Shown: positions 25,387-35,339 of the stretch, one piece after another
How the letters are laid out: each line of letters starts with the position of its first letter
How positions within the stretch are numbered: position 1 is the stretch's first letter
IMG/VR virus record: IMGVR_UViG_3300045988_108212
Span: 32,001-96,000 of that record
Length of the DNA: 64,000 bases
From: a virus
Direction: 5' to 3' (one strand)
The notes under the pieces: generated by a model
Databases searched by the model: none
What the model was told of the DNA's origin: nothing
Seen by the model: the letters and a program-made list of their open reading frames with translations, nothing else
Program-made: the position numbers and the translations under genes

Positions 25387-25584
25387 TTATATATAAGTTG
25401 CGATGCCAACACTAATTACACAAATATAACTTGTGATCATCGCCCATTGAATATAGAGCTTCAATAATCCTGAAGCCTTAAAATCTTTTATTGAGTCAAT
25501 ATTTCTCTTAACTATAGAAATAAATACTGCCACAATAAGCCACATCAACATGATTATTGTAATCGTTAAGCTTGTTGTTAACAT
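25387..25584 (-). CDS. Small two-TM membrane protein
   Basis: LTITIIMLMWLIVAVFISIV and MITSYICVISVGIATYI. Confidence 0.45.
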   Translation of the reverse strand: MLTTSLTITIIMLMWLIVAVFISIVKRNIDSIKDFKASGLLKLYIQWAMITSYICVISVGIATYI

Positions 25585-25662
25585 TGATTGTCCAATAAAA
25601 AAGAATATGTTTTTTAAGATTCTTTTACACCAACCTTTCTTAACATTTAATCAAAATCAATG

Positions 25663-25926
25663 TCATCTGCATGATGTCTCTCCTACTTTTTTAAATCTGT
25701 ATTTCTGTTCCACATCAGGGTATTTCTCGTGATCAACTTCACTCAGGAACATTTCTACTGGTCTAGCGTAAATATTGAAATCTCCATACATTGCCTGATA
25801 GATTACCAGCTGCTCATCTGTTTCTGTATGAGTTGCAATGTCAATCACTCTGTAAAAATGTCCTTTGAAGTGTTTGTAAATATCATCTTTCTTTGGTAAA
25901 TCTCTGTTATTCATGAATTGATTCAA
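25663..25926 (-). CDS. DUF1653-like protein
   Basis: [40 protein letters not shown]. Confidence 0.6.
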   Translation of the reverse strand: MNQFMNNRDLPKKDDIYKHFKGHFYRVIDIATHTETDEQLVIYQAMYGDFNIYARPVEMFLSEVDHEKYPDVEQKYRFKKVGETSCR

Positions 25927-26326
25927 ACCTCCCTACTAAGCCACCAAGCACAAACCCTTTCCCAGTAATACTATCTTTATTGGCAAATTCAGATGAAATA
26001 AATCCATTGAGTCTGCAAGCTTTGTCATTTTTCAATTCTGTTTTATATCGTTTGTAAAAATCCACAAGATCATCTCGACTAACGCCAAGTGCAGAAACTA
26101 CAAATTCAAGCAATTCCTTATCACTGAAATCGTCTCCTCGGCAAAAATTACAACTACGAATTTCTTCCTCAGAGCCATCTTCGTGTGTAACCACTTCTTC
26201 TCTATATCCGTCTACTGCTGCACATTCCTCACTACACCAAGCCATACCACAATTGCAGAAAACAACTCCGTCTGCGCAATCAGCAAATGTCTCGCCACAT
26301 TCACATGTTCTATAATCTGTACTCAT
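25907..26326 (-). CDS. Cysteine-rich hypothetical protein
   Basis: CECG..CADG..CNCG..CSEEC..CNFC. Confidence 0.5.
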   Translation of the reverse strand: MSTDYRTCECGETFADCADGVVFCNCGMAWCSEECAAVDGYREEVVTHEDGSEEEIRSCNFCRGDDFSDKELLEFVVSALGVSRDDLVDFYKRYKTELKNDKACRLNGFISSEFANKDSITGKGFVLGGLVGRFESIHE

Positions 26327-26328
26327 AT

Positions 26329-26658
26329 TTACTTACTCTCCTGTTCATTATCTTCTTTCACAAGAATTGCTTTCCAAGTTTTGCTGTTACATGAGGATGT
26401 TGAAATTTTGTAACCTGCATCTAAGTAATTGTCTACACAATTTTTAAACTTTTCAGAATTTTCTTCTTCTACAACTACACATCGACTACCATCCACTACA
26501 TGATCGATATTTTTCTGCACAATTTTTTTTAAAATATTGACTTGATGTAATAAATCATAAGTTGGAATTGATGTGATGTTATTAATGCTTTTATAGCTCA
26601 TGCAAACGCTTAGTGTACCAATAACTTCTCTTATATCATCTAAGGTTTCTTTTGTCAT
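26329..26658 (-). CDS. Hypothetical protein
   Basis: SD AAAGGAGAAGG upstream. Confidence 0.5.
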   Translation of the reverse strand: MTKETLDDIREVIGTLSVCMSYKSINNITSIPTYDLLHQVNILKKIVQKNIDHVVDGSRCVVVEEENSEKFKNCVDNYLDAGYKISTSSCNSKTWKAILVKEDNEQESK

Positions 26659-26670
26659 ACCTTCTCCTTT

Positions 26671-27042
26671 CTAAATTGTCTTCCACCATAGATCGTGTAC
26701 TTTTTTATAGCCACCTCGACTTGGTACATCTAATACTCTGCGAACTTTCTTATTGGACAGTTTCTTATGAAATCTGTAATCATCCCAAGCGCTGATATAA
26801 AATCTTTTATAGTAGGGTTTCTTACGTGGTATTTCATAGAATCCACAATAATACTTGTCCACATATTGCACAGGTTCAGGATACCCACCAACATTCTTAA
26901 ATCTCTCCAACCTTTGATGATAACTCTTCCTACGATTTCTTTTCTTTAACATTGTCTTGCGATTCTGCTGAAATTTTGTAGGAACATATTGTAGAAAGTC
27001 CGTATCCTGTGGACAATCTTTTGATTTTGGCATAATTAGCAC
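26671..27042 (-). CDS. Basic hypothetical protein
   Basis: Co-directional ORF rich in K/R/Y. Confidence 0.5.
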   Translation of the reverse strand: MLIMPKSKDCPQDTDFLQYVPTKFQQNRKTMLKKRNRRKSYHQRLERFKNVGGYPEPVQYVDKYYCGFYEIPRKKPYYKRFYISAWDDYRFHKKLSNKKVRRVLDVPSRGGYKKVHDLWWKTI

Positions 27043-27074
27043 ACTCCTTTCTATAGTGGGATAAAAGTGGAATT

Positions 27075-27656
27075 TTACTCTGTTATATTATTGTATGGTG
27101 GCAAAGGTTGATCTTTATCGGCTTCGTTCCACAAAACTACTTTGTTGGCACATATAGATATTTTTACATCAATCACTCTTTGGTTTGTTGATCCCGCCCA
27201 TGGATATGACATATCTTTCAATTCGTCTACATACTGTCCATCCACAAGAACATCTATATAAGGAAGAATTTCTTTTCTACAATAATTTGTTAGAGGATCA
27301 CTATTCAAATAATGCAAGTCTAAACCGATGTCTTCTGCCTTATTCCCTGTATATAACCAGATTTTTTTGCATGGTATAAATTCTTTCACAAATTTACATA
27401 TTGCAGAAACACCTGAAAGATTTTCTGGAGCCAACGGTTCTCCACCAAGAATACTTAATCTTGTATATTGCGGATTAGTTAGTGGACGTAACAATTCCAA
27501 CACATCCCACGTTGTTAATTCTTTACCACCATTGAAATCCCATGTTTCTTTATTGAAACAGTTCTTACAATGGAAGTGGCATCCTTGAACGAAGAGGGCT
27601 ACGCCAAGCCCTTCTCCGTTGCTAATGTCCATTTTTCTTATTGAAGCGTATCTCAT
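27075..27656 (-). CDS. nrdG: Anaerobic ribonucleoside-triphosphate reductase activating protein (radical SAM)
   Basis: GEGLGVALFVQGCHFHCKNCFN cluster motif. ATGA overlap with nrdD. Confidence 0.85.
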   Translation of the reverse strand: MRYASIRKMDISNGEGLGVALFVQGCHFHCKNCFNKETWDFNGGKELTTWDVLELLRPLTNPQYTRLSILGGEPLAPENLSGVSAICKFVKEFIPCKKIWLYTGNKAEDIGLDLHYLNSDPLTNYCRKEILPYIDVLVDGQYVDELKDMSYPWAGSTNQRVIDVKISICANKVVLWNEADKDQPLPPYNNITE

Positions 27657-30600
27657 TCATCTAACTCCTTGTCGTCTAAATGATAAACTCTATCATGAAT
27701 ATCTCCGTATCGTCCCTGATTGCCGCCATTTTTAGAAGTCCCAATATAACCACAGCATCTGAATGCGATATCCATTGTTGACCCATCTTCATTACCACAC
27801 TGAGGGCATCTCCATTTCAAAATACCATCTTCATCAACTAATGGAATATCTCCAGAGTATCCACATTTTTCACAATAACAACTCTTTGTATTAATTTCTG
27901 CATACATAATATGGTTGTACATATATTTAATTACTTCCAATAAAGCACTTACATTATGTTCCATATTAGGAGTTTCAATATAACTTATTGCCCCTCCTGG
28001 ACTAAGTTTCTGGAATTTTGCTTCAATACGAAGCTTGTCAAAGGCATCAATTTCTTCAAACACAGGAATATGATAGCTGTTTGTAATGTAATTTCTATCT
28101 TTGCCATCAATTTTTTCAAACACATCATTGCCAAATCGTTTCTTTAAACACTTGGCAAATTTATACGTTGTAGACTCTAAAGGTGTACCGTAAATACTGT
28201 AATCAATGTTTTCTTCATTCTTCCACTTCTCACATTTATCATTCATTCGCTTCATGATTTCTAATCCAAATTTTTCACCAATTCCACCATCTGAATGAGA
28301 ATGCCCAGTCATATATTTGACACATTCATATAATCCTGCATATCCTAATGAAATAGTTGAGTATCCATCAAATAATAACGGATCAATTACCTCATGTTTT
28401 TTTAATCTACTATACGCCCCATATTGCCAAAGAACAGGTGCGACATCCGACTTTGTTCCAAGAAGACGTTTATGTCTTTCTTTAAGTGCTTTATGACATA
28501 ATTCTGTTCGTTCATCAAACAATGCCCAAAATTCATCCATATTCTTTTTAGAAGATAATGCGATATCTGGAAGAGATAATGTAACGACCCCTTGGTTAAA
28601 TCTGCCATAATATTTATGCTGCTTTGGATCATAATTTTTTGCGTGTGCGATATTGCCAATTCCTTTGTCTGTGAAACGATCAGGTGTTAAGAACGACCTG
28701 CAATTGTGGCTATAAATACCACTCACTTCAAAGTGTCCGCTTTCAGTCGTTACATCATAACTAAACATTTTTTTATGAATCGGTTTAATTTCTTTAACTT
28801 CTGATTCTGCATAAATAATCATCGGAGACTCAATATAGTTATCACGTTTCTTTTTACACACAATATAGTCAATTAATCCTGCACATGGACGAAATTCAAC
28901 TCTATATCTAATAAGATCTGGATTTCGTTTGCTGTAATGATTATGATAAATCTTTGCAGGCATGCCTAAATTCTGCGCCAACGCCATTTGTCCTAATGCA
29001 AGTTCTTTGTTTGTTGAGCCAATCTGAACAGTACAAAAGCCTTTTTCGTGGTTATGAGAGTTGATATATCCATCTGCGTCAATCATCCCTGCTAAAAAAG
29101 CAAGCTTTGCTTCAATATCCCAAGAAAATACTTCATTTGGGATTCGTCTATTTGCTTTATTAATGCCACCAAATTTTGATGTGAAATAATTGATCGTAGA
29201 CTGCATTCCACCATTATTGTCTGAGATAACATTTAGATCTTTGTATGTACCTTTTCTTTCTCTTTCTTGTAAAACAGTTTTAGAATCCATTCCAAAATAT
29301 TTTTTAAATGTCTTATGAAATCTATCTTCAATTTCATCCTCTCCATTTGCTGCAATTGAAGCAAAAATGTGATTATTCTGGTAACATCCATCACACAACA
29401 TGAATCCTAACAGCCATGCTTTATCTTTGTGGAATAAATGCATATCTTCTCCATACTGCATTGAGTTAATTTCTAATTTTGAGCCAACCTGTAAATCTTT
29501 AGCATAAGTTTCCGTACCGTCTTTCAATGTAAATACATGATCAGTAGTACATAATAATCTGCGTCCATTAGAAAAATTAACATCCAACCATTCATCTGAT
29601 ACATTTCTGATAATACGATTTGTTTTCACGAAACCTTCTCGTGTGTCGTAAATTAAGACATCATGCAAATCCATGTAAAGGTTTGGATTATCGTCATTAA
29701 ACTGATGCTTAACTTCAAACTGATCTGATAATTTTTTCCATGCTCGCTCAAACGATTCAACATATAATTTCCCATTTACTTTATATGTAATCATCTCTTT
29801 ACCATCTACGCACCCCATACAAGTATAGACGTCGCCTTTTAACTCTTTCATAACCTTTTCAGAGATGTAATCTGGAACCAATCTTTTCGCAGAACATTTT
29901 GCTGCTAATTTTGTCAGATACCAATATTCTGTAGATTCGTCACAATTATCATCTTCCAGGACATAAATTAATTTTGGAAATGCTGGTGCAACAAATACAC
30001 CATCTTCATTTTTAACTCCTTCATCTCTTTGTCTAATCATCTCTTCAATCAATAAAGCCAAATCTTTTTTCTCTTGCGGTGTTTTAGCTTCATTCAGATA
30101 CATAAAAATGGAAATAAATGGGGATTGTCCGTTAGTCGTCATAAGCGTGATCAGCTGATACTGTATAATCTGTATACCTTTTTTGACTTCTTCATACAAT
30201 CTATTGGCTACAATTTTTTCAATATGCTGTTCTTTATATGGAATATCAATATGCGCCCATTCTAATTCAACTTCAGATCTAATTTTCTTTCTACTCACAT
30301 CTACAAATGGTGCTAAATGTGCTAAAGAAATACTCTGTCCGCCATACTGAGAACTAGCCACTTGTGCAATGCCTTGAGTCGTAATATTGCAAGCAGTGGA
30401 AAATGAATGTGGCTTTTCAATTAATACTTCGCTAATTACTGTGCCATTCTGAAGCATGTCTTCAATATTTAATAATCCACAATTATGCATTTTCTGTAAA
30501 AAATAATCTCTGTCATGGAAATGAATGATACCTTCCTTATGTGCTTGAACAATTTCTGGTGGAAGTAAATAGCGTTCTGTTGCATCTTCGCTAACGATAC

Positions 30601-31000
30601 CAGCAATATAATCTCTTTTTGTTGGATTTAATACAGAGTTTTTATTTGCATTTTCATCTTTAATTTCTTCGTTGGCATCCTCAATAAGCCCAAGAACTTC
30701 GCTGTCAATAGAGTCATAATTCTCTCTCTGGAACTCACGAACACTGCGATAACCTTCATAAGCTTTAGCTGTTAATTCCTGCCCTTTCTCAACAAGTTTC
30801 TTAAATACCATTGCTTCAATTGCAGAAATGTCAATTTCTTCTGGTAATTTACTGCAATCATTTTCGATTTCTCTTGCGATTTGTTTTGCAATATCTTCCT
30901 TAATTAACCCAGATCCATTTTTCATTGCTTTCATAATCGCTGTGTAAATTTTGGTCTTGTCGAAATCTACAACAGTACAATCTCTTTTAATTACTTTCAA
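27653..31000 (-). CDS. nrdD: Anaerobic ribonucleoside-triphosphate reductase (class III) containing an intein
   Basis: N-terminal ATP-cone. PDYIS..TCMG|C..N|CRSFLTP. C-terminal zinc ribbon CEKCG..CPQCG and glycyl-radical motif RCCGYIG. Confidence 0.9.
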   Translation of the reverse strand: MKVIKRDCTVVDFDKTKIYTAIMKAMKNGSGLIKEDIAKQIAREIENDCSKLPEEIDISAIEAMVFKKLVEKGQELTAKAYEGYRSVREFQRENYDSIDSEVLGLIEDANEEIKDENANKNSVLNPTKRDYIAGIVSEDATERYLLPPEIVQAHKEGIIHFHDRDYFLQKMHNCGLLNIEDMLQNGTVISEVLIEKPHSFSTACNITTQGIAQVASSQYGGQSISLAHLAPFVDVSRKKIRSEVELEWAHIDIPYKEQHIEKIVANRLYEEVKKGIQIIQYQLITLMTTNGQSPFISIFMYLNEAKTPQEKKDLALLIEEMIRQRDEGVKNEDGVFVAPAFPKLIYVLEDDNCDESTEYWYLTKLAAKCSAKRLVPDYISEKVMKELKGDVYTCMGCVDGKEMITYKVNGKLYVESFERAWKKLSDQFEVKHQFNDDNPNLYMDLHDVLIYDTREGFVKTNRIIRNVSDEWLDVNFSNGRRLLCTTDHVFTLKDGTETYAKDLQVGSKLEINSMQYGEDMHLFHKDKAWLLGFMLCDGCYQNNHIFASIAANGEDEIEDRFHKTFKKYFGMDSKTVLQERERKGTYKDLNVISDNNGGMQSTINYFTSKFGGINKANRRIPNEVFSWDIEAKLAFLAGMIDADGYINSHNHEKGFCTVQIGSTNKELALGQMALAQNLGMPAKIYHNHYSKRNPDLIRYRVEFRPCAGLIDYIVCKKKRDNYIESPMIIYAESEVKEIKPIHKKMFSYDVTTESGHFEVSGIYSHNCRSFLTPDRFTDKGIGNIAHAKNYDPKQHKYYGRFNQGVVTLSLPDIALSSKKNMDEFWALFDERTELCHKALKERHKRLLGTKSDVAPVLWQYGAYSRLKKHEVIDPLLFDGYSTISLGYAGLYECVKYMTGHSHSDGGIGEKFGLEIMKRMNDKCEKWKNEENIDYSIYGTPLESTTYKFAKCLKKRFGNDVFEKIDGKDRNYITNSYHIPVFEEIDAFDKLRIEAKFQKLSPGGAISYIETPNMEHNVSALLEVIKYMYNHIMYAEINTKSCYCEKCGYSGDIPLVDEDGILKWRCPQCGNEDGSTMDIAFRCCGYIGTSKNGGNQGRYGDIHDRVYHLDDKELDE
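28703..29812 (-). mobile_element. Intein (370 aa) with LAGLIDADG homing endonuclease, inserted at the catalytic MG-CRSFL site of NrdD
   Basis: Starts at Cys397 (CVDGKEMI), has block B TTDHVF, LAGLIDADG motifs LLGFMLCDGCY and LAGMIDADGY, and ends SHN followed by the +1 Cys (residue 767). Confidence 0.85.
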
Positions 31001-31034
31001 TAAAAGACCTCCAATAAATTATGTAATAATATCA

Positions 31035-31235
31035 TCATCTATATGTAACGCACCCGTCTCCTGCTTTCTTGCAGTTCAACGTATATCGTGCATCGTTACC
31101 ATCACCATCAATCTTTTCGGTTGATACGCTCTCAATCATCATTGTCTTACCTGTTTCTACATCCTTAACAAGTACCTCTTTTTCTATGTGTAGTTTAGAA
31201 ACTAAATTCCTAAGCTGATTAATTGTTCTGATCAA
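31035..31235 (-). CDS. Small hypothetical protein
   Basis: Co-directional ORF. Confidence 0.45.
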   Translation of the reverse strand: MIRTINQLRNLVSKLHIEKEVLVKDVETGKTMMIESVSTEKIDGDGNDARYTLNCKKAGDGCVTYR

Positions 31236-31809
31236 CTTCCTTTGTTGTCGCTCCTTCCGTGTCTCTAATCTGTCTTTTGAATCTCTCTAGCTCAGCCATA
31301 ATATTCAGACAAGTCATAGACAAACTTCCTTCATTATTAATAACTGCATCGCATAAATCATAAGCTTCTTCAAAAGCAGATTCGTCTTTTTTCATTCTTT
31401 CATCAATTACATCACTTGTATCTCCACGATCTTTCATTCTCTGAATACGTGTAGAACTTGGTGCATCAATACATAATGCCAAGATATGTTTCTTATGATA
31501 ATTTTCTTTTAACTGTTTTAATCCTGGAACATCAACTACATATACGTCTGCATCATCACACTGACTTTCTGTAGCACAATACCAATTGCCAGTATAATGA
31601 TTCTCTGCAACCTTGCCTGTAATTCTGGAATACTGGGCTAGATTTACATATGTATGATCATCAAGTTTGTCTGCTCTCTTCTCTCTGGTTGTATATGATC
31701 GTAGATATTTCAGACCGTAAATGTCTTCCAGATACTTCGCTGAGACACTTTTGCCTGCTCCAGATCGTCCAACCAGAGCGATTAAAACATTACTTTTATC
31801 TCCTACCAT
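31219..31809 (-). CDS. Guanylate kinase-like dNMP kinase
   Basis: P-loop GRSGAGKS, SYTTREKR, NWYCAT. Confidence 0.65.
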   Translation of the reverse strand: MVGDKSNVLIALVGRSGAGKSVSAKYLEDIYGLKYLRSYTTREKRADKLDDHTYVNLAQYSRITGKVAENHYTGNWYCATESQCDDADVYVVDVPGLKQLKENYHKKHILALCIDAPSSTRIQRMKDRGDTSDVIDERMKKDESAFEEAYDLCDAVINNEGSLSMTCLNIMAELERFKRQIRDTEGATTKEVDQNN

Positions 31810-31811
31810 CT

Positions 31812-31940
31812 CTATAAGTCCTTTTCTAATTTCTTGATTCTTCTATTGATTTTTGTTACGATTTTGCCGTTATCTTTGCCTCTAGCGATTAAGACGGCTT
31901 TTCTATCCTTTAATAAATTTAACTGATCTAATTTTGTCAT
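31812..31940 (-). CDS. Small hypothetical protein (42 aa)
   Basis: MTKLDQLNLLKDRKAVLIARGKDNGKIV..., with AAGGAG upstream. Below the track's size cut-off. Confidence 0.35.
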   Translation of the reverse strand: MTKLDQLNLLKDRKAVLIARGKDNGKIVTKINRRIKKLEKDL

Positions 31941-31967
31941 ATACTCATTTTCTCCTTAGGCTATATT

Positions 31968-32528
31968 TTAGTTTTCAGTTGCTGTTTCTGACGATTCCTC
32001 TACGACCTCAGCAGAATCATCATCTACATATTCAATATCTTCTTCTTTTACTTTTGTTGCAGGGTCGAGTCTTTCATAATCCTCTTCTGTGGCTGGCTCT
32101 GTTTTAACAGTTCCACATTTTTCGCAATAAGTTGTCCAATGATATCCATTCTCTTCATCATATGCAATTGTTTTTTCTGCCCACACATGATCACAGGTTT
32201 CATCTGCGTCATCTGGGTATTCTGGTTCTGTATAATCTGCATCGTCTGTATCGTCTGCGGTAGAATTTTCAGTATTTTTTTCTTCTTCTGTTGTTGCCGA
32301 TACATCATTTGTTGTATCTTTAGAATCTTCTTTGACGGCATTTTTCTTATTATTTTTCTGCTCTGTTGTGTTCTTTGTAGTTTCTGTAGTTGACTTACCT
32401 TCTGTTGTTGCAGAAACCTGTTTATCAGTGTTATTATTTAGTGTATCTGCATAAATAGTATATGCTGAAACGCATCCTACTGCTGTTAACATTAATGCTC
32501 CAGCGATTAATAATTTTTTAATTCTCAT
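31968..32528 (-). CDS. Acidic lipoprotein with C-terminal Cys/His cluster
   Basis: The start at 32528 (MRIKKLLIAGALMLTAVGC) has SD AAAGGAG and a lipobox-like AVGC. T/E/D-rich linker. CDHVW..YCEKCG. Confidence 0.55.
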   Translation of the reverse strand: MRIKKLLIAGALMLTAVGCVSAYTIYADTLNNNTDKQVSATTEGKSTTETTKNTTEQKNNKKNAVKEDSKDTTNDVSATTEEEKNTENSTADDTDDADYTEPEYPDDADETCDHVWAEKTIAYDEENGYHWTTYCEKCGTVKTEPATEEDYERLDPATKVKEEDIEYVDDDSAEVVEESSETATEN

Positions 32529-32769
32529 AATATATTCTCCTTTTAATCTATCAATCCATGAACGATGCCACCACATAGAAGGCGATCGCCATTAATACAA
32601 TTGCTACAATTACTACTACTCCAATTGGTATTACAATATTTGCTATCATCCAAAACGCAAATGCAAATACACCAACAGATATGAATGTTGCAATAAACCA
32701 GACGATGGTCAGTACAATCATCGACAAGAAAAATTTTAAGATTTTCTTTATGATATTAAATCACCTACC

Positions 32770-33609
32770 TTATGGTATTTCGTTATAAATTTTACTCACA
32801 TCATCCAACAACTCTTTTGGCAAATATCTTTCTAAAAGCTCATTCGAATTATCAAGTGTTTTCTTATAGAAATCTTCTGCGATACCACCGCCAATAGCAG
32901 CAATCGTATCTGTGTCACATGGCAAAGACAATACATTTCTTAAGAATGATTCATAATCTTCGCTCTCTAAGAAACATCTGATTGCCACAGGAACACTATC
33001 TTGAACTGTCGCAGACCAAACATAATTCTTTCTATAATCATCGAGTGGTCGATCAACACCATATGTATATTGACTGGATGGATAACTTTTTAATGCATAT
33101 TGATAAATTTCTTCTTTTGATTTACCCCATAGCGCCATAAAAGAACAGCCTGTTACAATCGATGCACCTTTGTAAGATTCCACATGACGATGAGTTTTCT
33201 CACATGTCCATTGTGCTAAATCTATGTAATAACTCAATACGTCTGGACGATCAGCAAACCCATTAAAATACATTGTGATAGGCGAAATTCTCATGGCACA
33301 TCCATTGCCAAAGCTTTCATTAACACGACTGCCATCATCGTGTAACCAGTCTTCGAACATTGCGCCATATCCCGTACCAGGATATTTCTTGCCATATTCT
33401 AAGTAGAACTCCCAAGGTTCTTTGTTATGCTTGTGTTCATCGTCATCATCTAACAACCACATACCTGTTGCAATACTGAGAACTGTATCATCTGTGTATT
33501 TACATTTATCTGTAAACAATTCACAGTTCTTCCAATCTAAATCGTGAGATCTGCGGAACTCATATTGAGAACCGCAAATATCTCCTAGAATCGCTCCAAT
33601 CAAAGCCAT
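32770..33609 (-). CDS. ADP-ribosylglycohydrolase family protein
   Basis: GAILGDICGSQYEF, YTDDTV, GNGCAMR and CDTDTIAAIGGGIAE. Confidence 0.75.
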   Translation of the reverse strand: MALIGAILGDICGSQYEFRRSHDLDWKNCELFTDKCKYTDDTVLSIATGMWLLDDDDEHKHNKEPWEFYLEYGKKYPGTGYGAMFEDWLHDDGSRVNESFGNGCAMRISPITMYFNGFADRPDVLSYYIDLAQWTCEKTHRHVESYKGASIVTGCSFMALWGKSKEEIYQYALKSYPSSQYTYGVDRPLDDYRKNYVWSATVQDSVPVAIRCFLESEDYESFLRNVLSLPCDTDTIAAIGGGIAEDFYKKTLDNSNELLERYLPKELLDDVSKIYNEIP

Positions 33610-33617
33610 TTAATCAC

Positions 33618-33851
33618 CTACCTGTTAAAGATGTTTTCTAAAATTGTAAGAATTATTGCGATAATCCATTTTGTTTTCGTTGGAACAATTAGCGGATTTA
33701 CCACAACAAAATGTAACAACCAAATAAACAAATTTACGATTGCAAAATTGACAGCAATTACAACCATTAATCCTAAGATTGTACCTAAGATTGTTCCTGC
33801 ATGATATTTGTCTTCAACAAATAGTGAAGTTAATAATTTCTTCATTCGCAT
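33618..33851 (-). CDS. Small membrane protein
   Basis: Two to three hydrophobic helices. Confidence 0.45.
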   Translation of the reverse strand: MRMKKLLTSLFVEDKYHAGTILGTILGLMVVIAVNFAIVNLFIWLLHFVVVNPLIVPTKTKWIIAIILTILENIFNR

Positions 33852-33854
33852 AAT

Positions 33855-35339
33855 CTACTTTCCTTTCAATCCCATTTCCATATACAATTCATCTATTGCA
33901 TTTCCTTTTCTCTGGAGGCAACTATAAATTTTCTCATCAATCGTATGTTTGCCTTGTAGAATAATATATGTGCATTTATTTTCTTGCCCAATTCTATGTA
34001 TTCGATCTTGGCTCTGGCGATACTCTTCATAACTGAAACTTAACGAATAGTAAATATTGTAAGTACAATTTACAAATGTCAAACCTTTACCAAGAAGCTT
34101 TGGGTGCACAAATAATTTCTGAATTTTGCCAGCTTTGAATTTCCGAATAATATCATCACGATCTTTATTCTTAGATGTGAGGGCAACACCATTATACTTT
34201 TCAGCCAGACGTTCAATCTCATGCTGGAATTGACACCATATAATAATTGGCTTGCCTCCAATTTCTTCAAATGATTGCTCTAGCACCTTATCTTTGTTTG
34301 TTTCGAAATCGTCAATATTACCTTCTTTATTGATAACAAAACCACTGACAATTTCTCGCAACTTCATAAGCTTTGCAGTAAATTCAAATTTAGACCATTC
34401 ATTGATATTGTCCTTGATGTTTTTAACCATATTGTTATAATGTCGTTTTTGTTCGCTGCCAAGATCAAACTCTTTAATTTGAAATACTTTAGGTGGAAGG
34501 TCTACGCAATCTTCTTTTTTCAAGAATACAGACTTCTCTCTCAAACGATTAAAATATGCTTCTTTATTCTCCTGTGTCTGATACCATCTATGAGGATTCT
34601 GCATATCCTGTGTAAAATAGTGAGCTTGGAATCCAAAAAAATTATTACCAAATACATCTGCGTCAACAAATTTCATCTGTGGGAATATCTCTGAATTATG
34701 GTTTGGTGTTGGTGTTCCGCTTAAAACGAATCTATGAGGAATCACATCAATCAATTGCAATAGTTCATTCGTAATCTGAGCACCCATGTTCTTCATTACT
34801 TGGCTTTCATCAACGATCACGCATTGAAAATCCATTGCTAAAATCTTCTTTTTCAAAATCTTAAAGCTCTCATAATTCATCACATAAACATCTGAGTCAA
34901 TATCCATTGCATCAAATCTCTTTTTACTTGACGTAGCCCAACAATTCGTAATTTCTAATTCTGGATAGAATTTCTTACAATCATCAACCCATGCAGTTTC
35001 AATAACTGATAGAGGACAAAGAATCAATGTTTTCCCGTAATGTTTTGCGATTTCAAGACCCATCAATGTCTTTCCTGTACCAGTATCAGCAAAAATACCA
35101 TAACTGCCTTCATTCAATGCTTTATTCACAATATCTTTTTGATATTTCCTCAGATGTGGAGAAAGTTCGTAATGAACAATCTCCTTCTTTGGAACTTCAA
35201 TATTGGTATCAATTAGACCATATTGCTGTAGTTTAGTGATCGCAGAATCAGGGAATTCCCACTTTCCTGCTCTAAATTTTCGTCCTTCAATCGTTCTAAT
35301 ATATGGAATTTTCTCTACTGGGACTTCTAAAGCTACCAA
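33855..35339 (-). CDS. SNF2-family helicase/ATPase (TTG start)
   Basis: GIFADTGTGKTLMG, VIVDESQ, LSGTPTPN, QSQDRIHRIGQ. Confidence 0.85.
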   Translation of the reverse strand: MVALEVPVEKIPYIRTIEGRKFRAGKWEFPDSAITKLQQYGLIDTNIEVPKKEIVHYELSPHLRKYQKDIVNKALNEGSYGIFADTGTGKTLMGLEIAKHYGKTLILCPLSVIETAWVDDCKKFYPELEITNCWATSSKKRFDAMDIDSDVYVMNYESFKILKKKILAMDFQCVIVDESQVMKNMGAQITNELLQLIDVIPHRFVLSGTPTPNHNSEIFPQMKFVDADVFGNNFFGFQAHYFTQDMQNPHRWYQTQENKEAYFNRLREKSVFLKKEDCVDLPPKVFQIKEFDLGSEQKRHYNNMVKNIKDNINEWSKFEFTAKLMKLREIVSGFVINKEGNIDDFETNKDKVLEQSFEEIGGKPIIIWCQFQHEIERLAEKYNGVALTSKNKDRDDIIRKFKAGKIQKLFVHPKLLGKGLTFVNCTYNIYYSLSFSYEEYRQSQDRIHRIGQENKCTYIILQGKHTIDEKIYSCLQRKGNAIDELYMEMGLKGK

